Virus record (IMG/VR): IMGVR_UViG_3300011904_000029
Coordinates: 70,312 to 134,311 of that record
Source of the DNA: a virus
Taxonomy: Duplodnaviria; Heunggongvirae; Uroviricota; Caudoviricetes
Length of the DNA: 64,000 nucleotides
Strand: one strand, 5' to 3'
The translations under genes and the position numbers were made by a program. Shown piece by piece: positions 38,413 to 48,100 of this stretch; within the stretch, counting starts at the first letter, position 1; each line of letters begins with the position of its first letter. Below the pieces are notes generated by a model, which was not told the origin of the DNA, searched no databases, and saw only the letters and a program-made list of their open reading frames with translations.

Positions 38413-39441
38413 GTGAGTAAGAAGTTTCAGCGTGTAAAGTATTTTACAAAAGAGAAAAAAGATAAAATTAATCCTGATAATATTAAGCTCTATGATAAAT
38501 ATTTACGATCATCCACTATAAAAAATAAAGATGTGAAAAATACTACATATAAGGTTTATCAAAATTATATGTCTCATTTTTTAGTTTATCTATCAGAAGA
38601 GTGGGATAATGTAGGGCTATATGATGAAGAATTTATGGAAAATGCAGTAGATATTATGGAAGGGTTTATTGGATTTTGCCAAGATGTTTTACACAATAAC
38701 AAAAAAGTAATAAATACTAAAATTAGTACAGTTAGTTCTTTTTATATGTGGAGCTTAAAGCGTGGATTAATAGACAGACATCCGTTTGACAAAAAGCTTG
38801 AAAGAATGAAAGGTGCTAATGATGAAAAAATAAAAGAATCATATTTTCTCACTGAGGATCAGATTAAGGAAATTGAAACAGCCTTACTAGACGAAAAGAG
38901 ATTTGATTTCCAGGATAGGCTTTTATGGAACATAGCTTTAGATTCAGCAAATAGAGTTGGTGCTATAGCTAGATTAACCATTTCCTCTCTTAATTTAGAT
39001 GAGATGGTATTTGAAGATATTAGAGAGAAACGTGGAAAGATTGTAGAAGTTGCCTTTGAAGAAGACACTAGAGAGCTTATTCGGCAATGGCTAGAGATGA
39101 GAAAAGAAATGGATAATTTAGAGGTAGATTCTTTTTTTGTTACCAGATACAGAAATGAGTGGCAGCCAATGTCATATGGAACCCTACAAGCACGTATAAA
39201 GAGAATTGGTCAAGCTATTGGCATTGATGATTTTTACTTTCACACTATAAGAAAAACAAAACTTAACTTACTATATGAACAAACTGGAAATATTGACATG
39301 GTGGCTGAGTGGGCGAATCATGAGTCAATTGAGACTAGTAAACGCCACTACATAAAACCTAAATCGAAAGCTGAGTTAAGACGTGAAATGAGAAAGTTGA
39401 TTAAAGAAAATAAAGAAAAGAATAAAGAAGGTTCACAATAA
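38413..39441 (+). CDS. tyrosine recombinase within the tail module (YomM-like)
   Basis: Catalytic R (SANRVG), H-x-x-R (HTIR), H (ANHES) and Y (RHYI). Confidence 0.85.
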   Translation: MSKKFQRVKYFTKEKKDKINPDNIKLYDKYLRSSTIKNKDVKNTTYKVYQNYMSHFLVYLSEEWDNVGLYDEEFMENAVDIMEGFIGFCQDVLHNNKKVINTKISTVSSFYMWSLKRGLIDRHPFDKKLERMKGANDEKIKESYFLTEDQIKEIETALLDEKRFDFQDRLLWNIALDSANRVGAIARLTISSLNLDEMVFEDIREKRGKIVEVAFEEDTRELIRQWLEMRKEMDNLEVDSFFVTRYRNEWQPMSYGTLQARIKRIGQAIGIDDFYFHTIRKTKLNLLYEQTGNIDMVAEWANHESIETSKRHYIKPKSKAELRREMRKLIKENKEKNKEGSQ

Positions 39442-39722
39442 AATTACACTTTTATTTATCAAATAAATACAAAAAACCTTTTTGAGTTGAGTATCTGAGT
39501 TAATCGGATACTCAGTTGAGATTGGTTACGTGTTGAAAATCTAAGGGAATGTAAGCTAATATAAGAGAGAAAATCCGAGATTTTATGAAATAATCCGAAA
39601 TTAAGGGAAATATAGCGATAAAATATGGTATAATCGAGACAACAAAGGGTAATACTGCACATATACATGTTCTAAGTGGGGTGATGTATATGTGTGACAA
39701 GAAAAGTGAGGAGGAGAAAGAT

Positions 39723-39848
39723 ATGGCTCTACCAAAAGAACAAATATTAGAGAAAAAGGAGAGTCTTGATATGAAAAAAATTGATGCTATCTTAAAACGG
39801 GGAATCAAGCGATACGATAAGGCATTAGCCAAGCTTGCTAAAAATTAA
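39723..39848 (+). CDS. minimal Phd-like antitoxin, 41 aa (MALPKEQ...RYDKALAKLAKN)
   Basis: Missed by the ORF track; GAGGAGG RBS; TAATG coupling to doc; RYDKALAKLAK C-terminal helix. Confidence 0.7.
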   Translation: MALPKEQILEKKESLDMKKIDAILKRGIKRYDKALAKLAKN

Positions 39849-40237
39849 TGACCGAAAAACTAACACCTGAAGAGTTACGATATGTCCATCAAAAAATGCT
39901 TGATTTGTACGGAGGTCTTCCAGGAGAAAAGGAACCTGGGATGATGGATTATATTTGTGAAAAGCCATTCTTTTTTGGTGCTTATCCTACCTTGTTTGAA
40001 AAGGCTGCTGTAATAATGATTGCAATTGCAACCGGTCATTATTTCGTGGATGGAAACAAGCGAACTGCAGCCATGTCTACTTACGTTTTCTTGATGAAAA
40101 ATGAATTTGAGTTAATTGTATCGGATGATGATCTATTTGAAATGGCAGTGCGTGTGGCTCAAAAAGAAATTAATCAAGAGTCACTAACCCAATGGCTATC
40201 GGATAATTCTGTTCAAGTTGATATAAATGAATTATAA
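39848..40237 (+). CDS. doc: Doc/Fic-family toxin
   Basis: HYFVDGNKRTA Fic motif; 129 aa. Confidence 0.9.
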   Translation: MTEKLTPEELRYVHQKMLDLYGGLPGEKEPGMMDYICEKPFFFGAYPTLFEKAAVIMIAIATGHYFVDGNKRTAAMSTYVFLMKNEFELIVSDDDLFEMAVRVAQKEINQESLTQWLSDNSVQVDINEL

Positions 40238-40239
40238 AA

Positions 40240-40262
40240 AACCTCACAAATCAATGTGAGGT
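40240..40262. repeat. 23-bp palindromic element, copy 1 (copy 2 at 40935-40957)
   Basis: aacctcacaaatcaatgtgaggt vs aaccttacaaatcaatgtgaggt, 22/23 identical. Confidence 0.85.
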
Positions 40263-40293
40263 TTATTTATTTGGAATGAGTTATATATGAAAT

Positions 40294-40322
40294 AAAGAGC
40301 CTGAAATGGCTCTTATTTTTTT
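40294..40322. terminator. bidirectional terminator; related copies at 40985-41011 and about 41627-41655
   Basis: aaagagcc-N-ggctctt-T-run repeated three times. Confidence 0.7.
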
Positions 40323-40498
40323 TATGAGTTATTTATTTGTCCTTTGGCTTCTTTAGTTAGAATTTCTTCTGCATGTTTTTTTAAAACAGTTATGATGTAA
40401 TTTTGCAGACTTCTGTTATCTGCTTCAGCTAATTTTTTTAAGTCAGAGTGTAAATCCTTTGGGAACCTTACATTAAACGGAACGATTTCTTTGGCCAT
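40322..40498 (-). CDS. Arc/ribbon-helix-helix regulator, 58 aa (MAKEIVPFNVRFPKDLHSDLKKLAEADNRSLQNYI...)
   Basis: Missed by the ORF track; AAGGAG RBS; RHH pattern F-x-V-R-x-P...A...RSL. Confidence 0.85.
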   Translation of the reverse strand: MAKEIVPFNVRFPKDLHSDLKKLAEADNRSLQNYIITVLKKHAEEILTKEAKGQINNS

Positions 40499-40640
40499 TT
40501 AATTTCTCCTTTATAAGTGTTAGTACCATCATGATACCATAAACATATTTAAGTTTAAATAAAATTTATGATTGACACATAAGGTTCCAATATGGTACCG
40601 TTATGGTATACAAATAATACTATTAAAGGAGACGATGAGG

Positions 40641-40976
40641 ATGACGGCTATTAAAGAATTCGAATTGATTGAGGGGAAGAAGGGTGTAAGAGATAAGTAT
40701 ATTAGCAGAACAGAAGTGCTAGATAGGGTTAAAGAATTAAGCTTACTTCCCTACAAGGATACGGCTACGACAGAGATGGTCGCAGAGTATTATGGAGTAC
40801 CTAAGTCGACAATAGACGCCTTAGTTTTTGATAATAGAGCTGAATTGGTTGAAGATGGTTATGAGGTGAAAACAGGAAGTAAATTAAAGATATTTAAAGG
40901 TTACTTGCCAAAAGAAAGCAACCTCAGTAACAATAACCTTACAAATCAATGTGAGGTAATTTACTTAGAGGAATAA
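40641..40976 (+). pseudogene. C-terminally truncated paralogue of the antirepressor-like gene at 42201
   Basis: High similarity to 42201.. for about 90 aa, then runs into the 23-bp repeat and stops. Confidence 0.65.
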
Positions 40977-41001
40977 GGATATGTAAAGAGCCGATTGGCT
41001 C

Positions 41002-41451
41002 TTATTTTTTTAATGGAGAGTGCTTATCAAAGTAACTTATTCTGTCAGAAATCTCTTCCATCTCTAAATCTGTAAGAGAGTCATCTAATTCAAAGGTTGG
41101 ATTTCCATTATTATCCTTAGACAAGAGGATTTTATTATTTCTAACCAGATAACCTACAAATTCGATTAAGTTGTCCCTAGTAGGCTCTTCATATTTTGGA
41201 ATATCAACTTTGACATAGTTAGGATTTTCTTCAATTGTAAACAATTCTTCTACAGGCATGTCTAATTCTTTGCTAACTGAAATTAAGGTATTTATGTCAT
41301 ATCTTGTTTGATTATCAAATCTACTAATTGTAGGCTCTTTAACACCTACAGCTAATGCAAAATCTTTTTGAGTGGGATACTTATCTTTATATTTTTGCTG
41401 AGATAGTATCTTTTTTAATTGAGGTTTGGCAATATATTTAGTTTCGCTCAT
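41002..41451 (-). CDS. XRE/Cro HTH regulator
   Basis: TQKDFALAVGVKEPTISRFD...ISVSKELDMPVEELF. Confidence 0.85.
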   Translation of the reverse strand: MSETKYIAKPQLKKILSQQKYKDKYPTQKDFALAVGVKEPTISRFDNQTRYDINTLISVSKELDMPVEELFTIEENPNYVKVDIPKYEEPTRDNLIEFVGYLVRNNKILLSKDNNGNPTFELDDSLTDLEMEEISDRISYFDKHSPLKK

Positions 41452-41648
41452 TTTCACCATCCTAAGTGTTATGCTTCAATTACATATTACTAATCGAGAA
41501 TTACTTTGTCAATATTGCTTGACTTATAAATTACTTATACGTAATATGGAATTATCGAAACTTGCACATTACATATTTGTAATTTATAGAGGAGGGTGAA
41601 TAATTACAGAAGGGTTAAGTGTATAAAAAAAGAGCCTATTGGCTCATC

Positions 41649-42038
41649 TTATTTACTTTCTTTATATTTTTTAAGTGTAGGTGATAATATCTCATGTTGC
41701 TTTTTAAGTGCTTCTTCTAATTTCTCTTGATCATCTATTTTAACTGGATTTAGTAGCTGCATTTTTTCATCTAAGGTTAATTCTTCTAATGATTCTCTTA
41801 TATTAGATTTATGAAATGGATCTTCTTCAAAGACATCAAAAAGTTCGTCAATACACTTCAAGTTTAATGCTTTAGAAATTGCAATCAAATGTACTGACTG
41901 ATGCTGTTTGTTTCTGTCAAATTTAGAAATTGTCCCTTGTGGAATACCAGTTAATTCTGAAAGCTCAACTTGTGTCATATTTCTTTCTTTTAGTATTTTG
42001 CCTAGTCTTGGTACAACAATATAATTAGATTGAATCAC
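41649..42038 (-). CDS. XRE/Cro HTH regulator
   Basis: LGKILKERNMTQVELSELTGIPQGTISKFD; GTG after an AAGGAGG RBS. Confidence 0.85.
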   Translation of the reverse strand: MIQSNYIVVPRLGKILKERNMTQVELSELTGIPQGTISKFDRNKQHQSVHLIAISKALNLKCIDELFDVFEEDPFHKSNIRESLEELTLDEKMQLLNPVKIDDQEKLEEALKKQHEILSPTLKKYKESK

Positions 42039-42200
42039 TTGCAACCCTCCTTCAATATACAATATACACTAATCTATAAATAATAAGCAAGGCAAAAAAA
42101 ATATTTGTATAATCTATTGACTATTCCTTATGGAATATATTATAGTTTGTTTAACAGCAAGAATTGGCATGATAATTCTTTAATAAAGGAGAAGATGAAA

Positions 42201-43112
42201 ATGACAGTTATTCAAGAACTTGAATTGATTGAAGGAAAGAAGAATGTGAGAGATAGGTATATTAGCAGAACAGAGGTGTTAGAGAGAGTAAAAGAATTAA
42301 GCTTACTTTCTTACAAGGAGACGGCTACGACAGAGATGGTCGCAGAGTATTATGGAGTACCAGAATCAACGATAAGAGCAGTTGTATTTGACCATGAAGA
42401 AGAGTTGTTGAGTGATGGTTATAATGTCGTAAAAGGTGATGGCTTAAAGGTTTTAAAAGGTAAGTTGCTTGAAGCAACTAACCTTAGCAGTAAGATTAAA
42501 TACGCCAGACAGATTGCTATCTTCCCACGTAGAGCTATCCTCAGAGTTGGAATGTTGCTAAGGGATTCAGAAGTAGCCAAGCAAATCAGGACGTACTTAC
42601 TTAATGTAGAGGAAATCTCGTCTACAGAACAGAAACGAGAAGCTAGGAAATCATCATGGACAAGTGAAGAAGAAATGACAATACTTAACGCAGTTCTTAC
42701 TAGTGTGAATAATGGTGGCACATTAAATGAAGGATTAATCAAAGCAAGCAAGATGATTAATAAGAAATACTCAACTGTGGCTGGTAGATGGCATTATAAG
42801 GTTAGAAACTTCGCTGATAAAGATGTATTAGAAAAAATAAGAAACAATATAGGAAGAAGTAATAAAAAAGAAGTAATCACTCAACCTGATTACCCGAGTA
42901 TGGAATTAGCCTATCAGATTGATAAAGTTTATCGTGAGAATGGTAAATTAAAAAATGAGGTAGAATCGCTAAGAAAGATGAATAAGCTTATGAAAGAAAA
43001 ATATCACAAGCTTAAAGAAGAACATAGAATTGTCATGAATGTGATTGGTTCTGCTATGAAGGCACATACAAGAGATGTATTGAGGCGTGAAATATACAAT
43101 GGCAAGCGATAA
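42201..43112 (+). CDS. phage antirepressor-like DNA-binding protein
   Basis: RTEVLERVK...TTEMVAEYYGV...FPRRAILRVGMLLRDSEVAKQIRTYLL; Myb-like C-terminal part (WTSEEE...RWH). Confidence 0.65.
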   Translation: MTVIQELELIEGKKNVRDRYISRTEVLERVKELSLLSYKETATTEMVAEYYGVPESTIRAVVFDHEEELLSDGYNVVKGDGLKVLKGKLLEATNLSSKIKYARQIAIFPRRAILRVGMLLRDSEVAKQIRTYLLNVEEISSTEQKREARKSSWTSEEEMTILNAVLTSVNNGGTLNEGLIKASKMINKKYSTVAGRWHYKVRNFADKDVLEKIRNNIGRSNKKEVITQPDYPSMELAYQIDKVYRENGKLKNEVESLRKMNKLMKEKYHKLKEEHRIVMNVIGSAMKAHTRDVLRREIYNGKR

Positions 43113-43178
43113 TTTGAAATAAAAGAACGTAATTTCATTATTGGTACAAGCAAATATCTCTATCAGGAGGAGATCGTA

Positions 43179-43415
43179 ATGTCAACGATCACAAAAAACA
43201 AATACACAGTTTATTCCAGCGTCAAATTATTAATTGCGACTGAAGTTTATGCTCAAAATGAAGAACAGGCATTTACAACGGCACAGATGGAATTAGATGA
43301 TATGTTAGCGATAAAGAATGTACATATGAGTATGGAACATGTCAATGGAGAAGTAGTCACTCCAAAGGTGTGTGACTTCTTTATAAATGTTGATGATGTG
43401 TATGAGAGTGAATGA
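43179..43415 (+). CDS. small hypothetical protein
   Basis: AGGAGG RBS. Confidence 0.7.
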   Translation: MSTITKNKYTVYSSVKLLIATEVYAQNEEQAFTTAQMELDDMLAIKNVHMSMEHVNGEVVTPKVCDFFINVDDVYESE

Positions 43416-43599
43416 TGATATTTGTTAGAGAATGATTCGTGTATATTATTGAGGAATGTGATGATGAGGATGGTGGCTGGATGGCGATATTGTCTTACAT
43501 TATTTTCTTAGATATAAACTAATATAAAGTATCCTTTCTTTCCTTCCATATATTTCATACAATGGTATTACATATCAATTATTTTGAGGTGATGTCTGT

Positions 43600-43959
43600 A
43601 TGAGAAAAATATTAGTTAGCGCATTAATTTGTTTATTGTTTTTAATTGGATGCTCTAGTGTCAATGGTGTGGATAAAAAGTTATATAATAAAGTTGAAGA
43701 TTATATTTCCATTATAGTTGCTGCTCATAATGGAAACAGAGATGAGTTTAACGAATTAAATGATGAAATGTATGATTTCATTAACACTAACTTTGACAAG
43801 TTTGAAGATGACATTGAAACAGGGAAGTTTATTGCGCATTTTCAGTTATTATATTTATCAGTTGATGATGGGAAAAATTCACTAAAAAAAGAAGAAGAAA
43901 ATGTGTTTGAAGAAGAATTAGAAATACTAAAGAATCAATATGGAATTAAAGTAGAATAA
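43600..43959 (+). CDS. lipoprotein
   Basis: Signal peptide with LIGC lipobox; followed by a terminator at 43958-43990. Confidence 0.8.
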   Translation: MRKILVSALICLLFLIGCSSVNGVDKKLYNKVEDYISIIVAAHNGNRDEFNELNDEMYDFINTNFDKFEDDIETGKFIAHFQLLYLSVDDGKNSLKKEEENVFEEELEILKNQYGIKVE

Positions 43960-44096
43960 GAAGTGCTCCTCTCAGCACTTCTTTTCTTATTTTCCATCTT
44001 TCTCATCCATACTCGACAAAAATATTATAATTTTCTATCTAATCTCCATTTCCTATTTCTATTGTCGTATAATGGTAGAGTATGGGAGGAGATTAT

Positions 44097-44702
44097 ATGG
44101 AGACTAAAAAAGACTTAGAAATTAAAAGTCTTTCAGAAGATCTAGATTTTTCTTTTGCTAGTTTAGAACAGGTAGTAAAAAAGCCAATAAAAAATAAAGA
44201 TGTTTATTTGAAACAATTAAGATTAAGAAAAGAGTTTATAGACTGGACAAAAGACAAATTTTTGTTGTTAAGAGGTTCCGCTCCAAAACATGTCTATAAG
44301 AGAGATATCTTCTATTGTAAATTAGGCGTGAATGTAGGATCAGAACAAAAATTAAAAAGACCAGTTGTTGTTTTACAGAATAATAGAGGTAATGCTTCTT
44401 CTGAAACTACAATTGTTGCTCCAGTTACTACACACAATAGTTGCGTAATATATGAAGATAAAGGTCTTAAATATTACAAGTTCTTGGACTCTGATGGAAA
44501 AGAAATAATAAAAAAGTTAGATTATTATGAAGTACCGCTTGAATTAGAGCCATTTTCAAAAAAGAATATTACTGGCTATATAAACCTTGCACAGATTAGA
44601 ACGATTAGTAAGAAAAGATTATCAAAAGGCTTTGTTGGAAAAATCACCATTGAAAATGATGAAATCATTAAAGCAGCAGTAATAAAATTACTTTTTGGTT
44701 AA
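44097..44702 (+). CDS. PemK/MazF-family endoribonuclease with an N-terminal extension and no adjacent protein antitoxin
   Basis: LGVNVGSEQ..KRPVVVLQN..GN..S.TTIVAPVT and LAQIRTISKKRL motifs. Confidence 0.85.
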   Translation: METKKDLEIKSLSEDLDFSFASLEQVVKKPIKNKDVYLKQLRLRKEFIDWTKDKFLLLRGSAPKHVYKRDIFYCKLGVNVGSEQKLKRPVVVLQNNRGNASSETTIVAPVTTHNSCVIYEDKGLKYYKFLDSDGKEIIKKLDYYEVPLELEPFSKKNITGYINLAQIRTISKKRLSKGFVGKITIENDEIIKAAVIKLLFG

Positions 44703-44708
44703 AATATG

Positions 44709-44737
44709 TTGACTTATTGTTATAAAGTATGTATGAT
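44709..44737 (+). promoter_or_regulatory. sigmaA promoter of the downstream RNA
   Basis: TTGACT-N17-TATGAT starting 7 nt after the PemK stop. Confidence 0.75.
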
Positions 44738-44743
44738 AAGGAT

Positions 44744-45148
44744 ACAACTATTAATGAGTCCTTGAGCTAAGCTTAAGGCAATTGTTTACTTCAGAGTGGC
44801 GGTGCTTATGCATCGCCCTTAATATTATAAAAACAATTTGATCTAATAAGACTAGAAAATAATAAATGCTTTTAGACATTTTCGAATCTCTAAAAGTTGA
44901 ATTTAAAACATTAGAGAGTCTTTCTTCGGAAAGGTTTTCTACTTTTATTAATATGAATGTAGATAGCACATGAGATAGGTTATGGCCTATAGTGAGTCGT
45001 GTGAGAAGGAGACACAAGTAAATGTGTCTCCTTGGTGCGTTATTAGTCGAGGATATCCAATGCAAGTAGGGATGCCCTTTAATATTTTATTAACAAATAT
45101 AAAATAAATAATACCTAAAGAGTGTCATATTTTATGGCGCTCTTTTTT
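44744..45148 (+). ncRNA. candidate structured non-coding RNA of about 400 nt
   Basis: Promoter and terminator; no RBS-led ORF; stems ccttgagc/gcttaagg, aattgttt/aaacaatt, ggcggtgc/gcatcgcc, ctttc-ttcg-gaaag and aaggagacaca/tgtgtctcctt. Confidence 0.6.
45117..45148 (+). terminator. intrinsic terminator 30 nt before the tape-measure start
   Basis: aagagtgtcata/tatggcgctctt stem plus T-run. Confidence 0.75.
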
Positions 45149-45178
45149 CATTTGTCTTAGAAAGGGGTGTTAATAAAT

Positions 45179-48100
45179 TTGAGTGATGAATTACAAATAA
45201 GGGTTGTTGGTAGCTTAGACTCTAATGCTACACAACAAAAAATCCAACAACAATTAAATAAAATTAAAGATACAGCTATCGAACTAAAGATTGACAACAA
45301 AGCTTTGTCTATAATAAAAGAATTCAATGATGGATTTAAACAACTTGAAAAAACTGCAAAGAACAGTGGCAAAGTCATTGAAGAAGCAATTATGCCTGAC
45401 GGCACTAAAGTAAAACGAACTTTCTTTGATGGATTAGATAAAGAATTTGCTGAGACAACCACAAAAGCAAAAAACATGGGTAAGACCATGACCGATTCTT
45501 TTGGTAATGCTAAAACTACAGTTGATCAATTAAGAGAAGGATTTAGTAAATTAATAAGAGAAAGCGAAAGGTTTAATGCCTCTCAACAAAAAATATCTGG
45601 AACAATCCAAGCACAAAATGATTTGGGTAATAGAAAGATTAAGATTAGCACAGATCATAATGGTGATGTTAGAGGATATAACGTTACACAGGATCATAAA
45701 AAAGAATTAGATTTAATTGAGCAAATGGCAAGAGCGAGAGAGAAATCTGCTCTCAGAGTTCAAGCTGAAGAAAGGAAATTATTAGAAAATCAACAAAAGC
45801 AGATAGGGATAAATGAGCAGATAACAAGAGAATTAAGAGAGCAATTAGAATTAAAGAAAAGACAAGCGCAAATAAATGTATCGAATTTAGAAAGACGATT
45901 CTCCGGTAACATTCCAAGAGAAACACAAGATTCATTAAATAAATATATAGATAGCTATAAAAATTTAAATGAAATGACTCCAAATGTTCAAAGCAAAATG
46001 AAAAATTTGGATATGACTTATAAAGAACTATCTGAAACAGTAAAGACTGCCGGAAATAAGACAGTTAGTTTTGGTGAACAATTAGCGATAGCTTTTAATC
46101 GTATTCCGATATGGATGGTTGGAATGGGTTCTTTCTACGGCGCAATTACAAAAGTAAAAGACGCTATTTCTCAAATTATAGAAATTGACTCTCAATTAAC
46201 TGTATTAAAAAGGGTTTCTAATGGTCAAATAGATATCAACAATGCTCTAGAAGAAAGCATACGTCTTGCAGAACAGTTAGGGAACCGTATTGCTGACATC
46301 AATGAGGGTATGATTTCGTTTGCGAGACAAGGGTTTCGTGGCGATGAATTAAATATGATGACTGAATATTCGGTATTGATGAGTAATATCAGTGACATGA
46401 GTGTTGATGATTCAGCATCAGCTTTAACTGCGGCCTTAAAGGGCTTTAATATGGAGGCAGAACGTGGGATTCATGTGGTTAACGCTCTCAACGAAGTGGA
46501 TAAATTTTGTCCCTTATGTTAGTAATAGCATAAGCAAACTCCGAATATGCTGGAAAGCCGTCATACAGCTTTTAGTAGTAGTCATTTTTGGAAACTTAAT
46601 TGACATCTAAAAATCTAAAAGACAAGGTGGCAATCAGCAGAGATAGCCCTAAGTCAAGTACATTGATAAGGGAAGCTCTCAGAGACTATCAAGGAGCATC
46701 CTTTGAGGATGATGGTATAGTCCAGTCCCCCTCTTTTGAAAGAGTGTTAAAGTATCCCGAAAGGGAGGGTAAAAACGAACAATTATAGCGTGACTACTCA
46801 ACAGCTTGCTGAATCTATAATGCGATCTGCCGGGGCAGCATCCACATACGGTAAACTTAATGCCGCCTAGTGCAGTAATGCATTAGTGAAAAGTCAGCCA
46901 TATCGGTGGAACTCTGGAGGCAGACAACACCGAGGAAAGACTATTTTACGATTATGGGTAAATTGTATAAGCATGTATTGACTTGGGAGGTCTTTACATG
47001 TTAATTGTTTGTACATATTGTAGCAAGAAATTAAATAAAAAACCATCACAAATCAAAAGAAGTAAAAACCACTTTTGTGATAAAAAGTGTCATAATAAAT
47101 GGATGAGAGGTAAGACTCGCCCCGAAAAACAAAATAAAGTTAAGCATAATTGCCATCAATGTGATAAACCTATGGAAGTTGAGAATTATAAGTATAAACG
47201 ATTTTTAAATGGGGAAATAAAAAATCTATTTTGCAATAAAAATTGTTTAGCAGATTGGCAAAGAGTAAATTTTAAGGGTGAGAAAAGCTCCAAATTTAAC
47301 AGGATAACAAAGAAATGCGGATTTTGTGATGAGGAGTATAGTATTCCTAAAAGCAGAGAAAATACGTCTAAATACTGCTCTAATGAATGTCATTCAAATA
47401 GTAGAATTGAAGATATTGTTGTAGAATGTAATTATTGTGATTCAATGTTTACAAAAAAGAGAGCACAGATAAAGGATCGTAATTTCTGCTCCAAGAGCTG
47501 CTCTTCTAAATGGAATTCTGAAAATAACAACTTACAAGTTGCAAAAGAATGTTTTGCCTGTAATAAAAAATACAAGGTTCATAGAAGCAGAGCTGAATCA
47601 TCAAAGACGTGCTCTAGGGAATGTCATGGTATTTGGTTGAAAGAATACTATTTCAAAACTGAAAAAGGTAAGCAACATTTAATTAATAATGGGGTTAAAT
47701 CTCAATTGACTCAAAAACATTCTGATACCAAGCCTGAAAGAATTATAAAAGAGTTATTGATACATAAGAATATCGAATTTATTCCACAACATCTGATGTA
47801 TGACAAGTTTGTTGTGGATTTTTATTTGCCAAAAGAAAATATAGTAATAGAGGTTTTTGGGGATTACTGGCATGGTAATCCTCTTTTTTATGGCGAATTA
47901 GGAACAATGAAGCCATTAACAGAAAAACAGATTAAGCAGAAAAATAAAGACAAAGCAAGGGAAGCATACTTGAAAAAGTGTGGACATGCGTTTTATATAT
48001 TGTGGGAACATGATATATATAACAATTTAGAAGAAGTAATTGAATTTTTATAACATGCTTATATATTTACCGTAATCGTAAAGTAGAATCCGTAACGACT

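Noticed and set aside
44751-45065. 104-aa minus-strand ORF, and a 35-aa plus-strand ORF from 44866, as an antitoxin for the PemK gene
   Set aside because: Neither has an RBS or a recognisable antitoxin pattern; the region has ncRNA hallmarks instead
45167-46522. 451-aa and 1617-aa (48598..53451) ORFs as two separate genes or a pseudogene
   Set aside because: They are exon 1 and exon 4 of one spliced tape-measure gene; the KFCPLC tail is intron sequence
46600-46788. 62-aa ORF inside intron 1
   Set aside because: It overlaps the catalytic core motifs of the intron, has no RBS and is in a different frame from mini-exon 2
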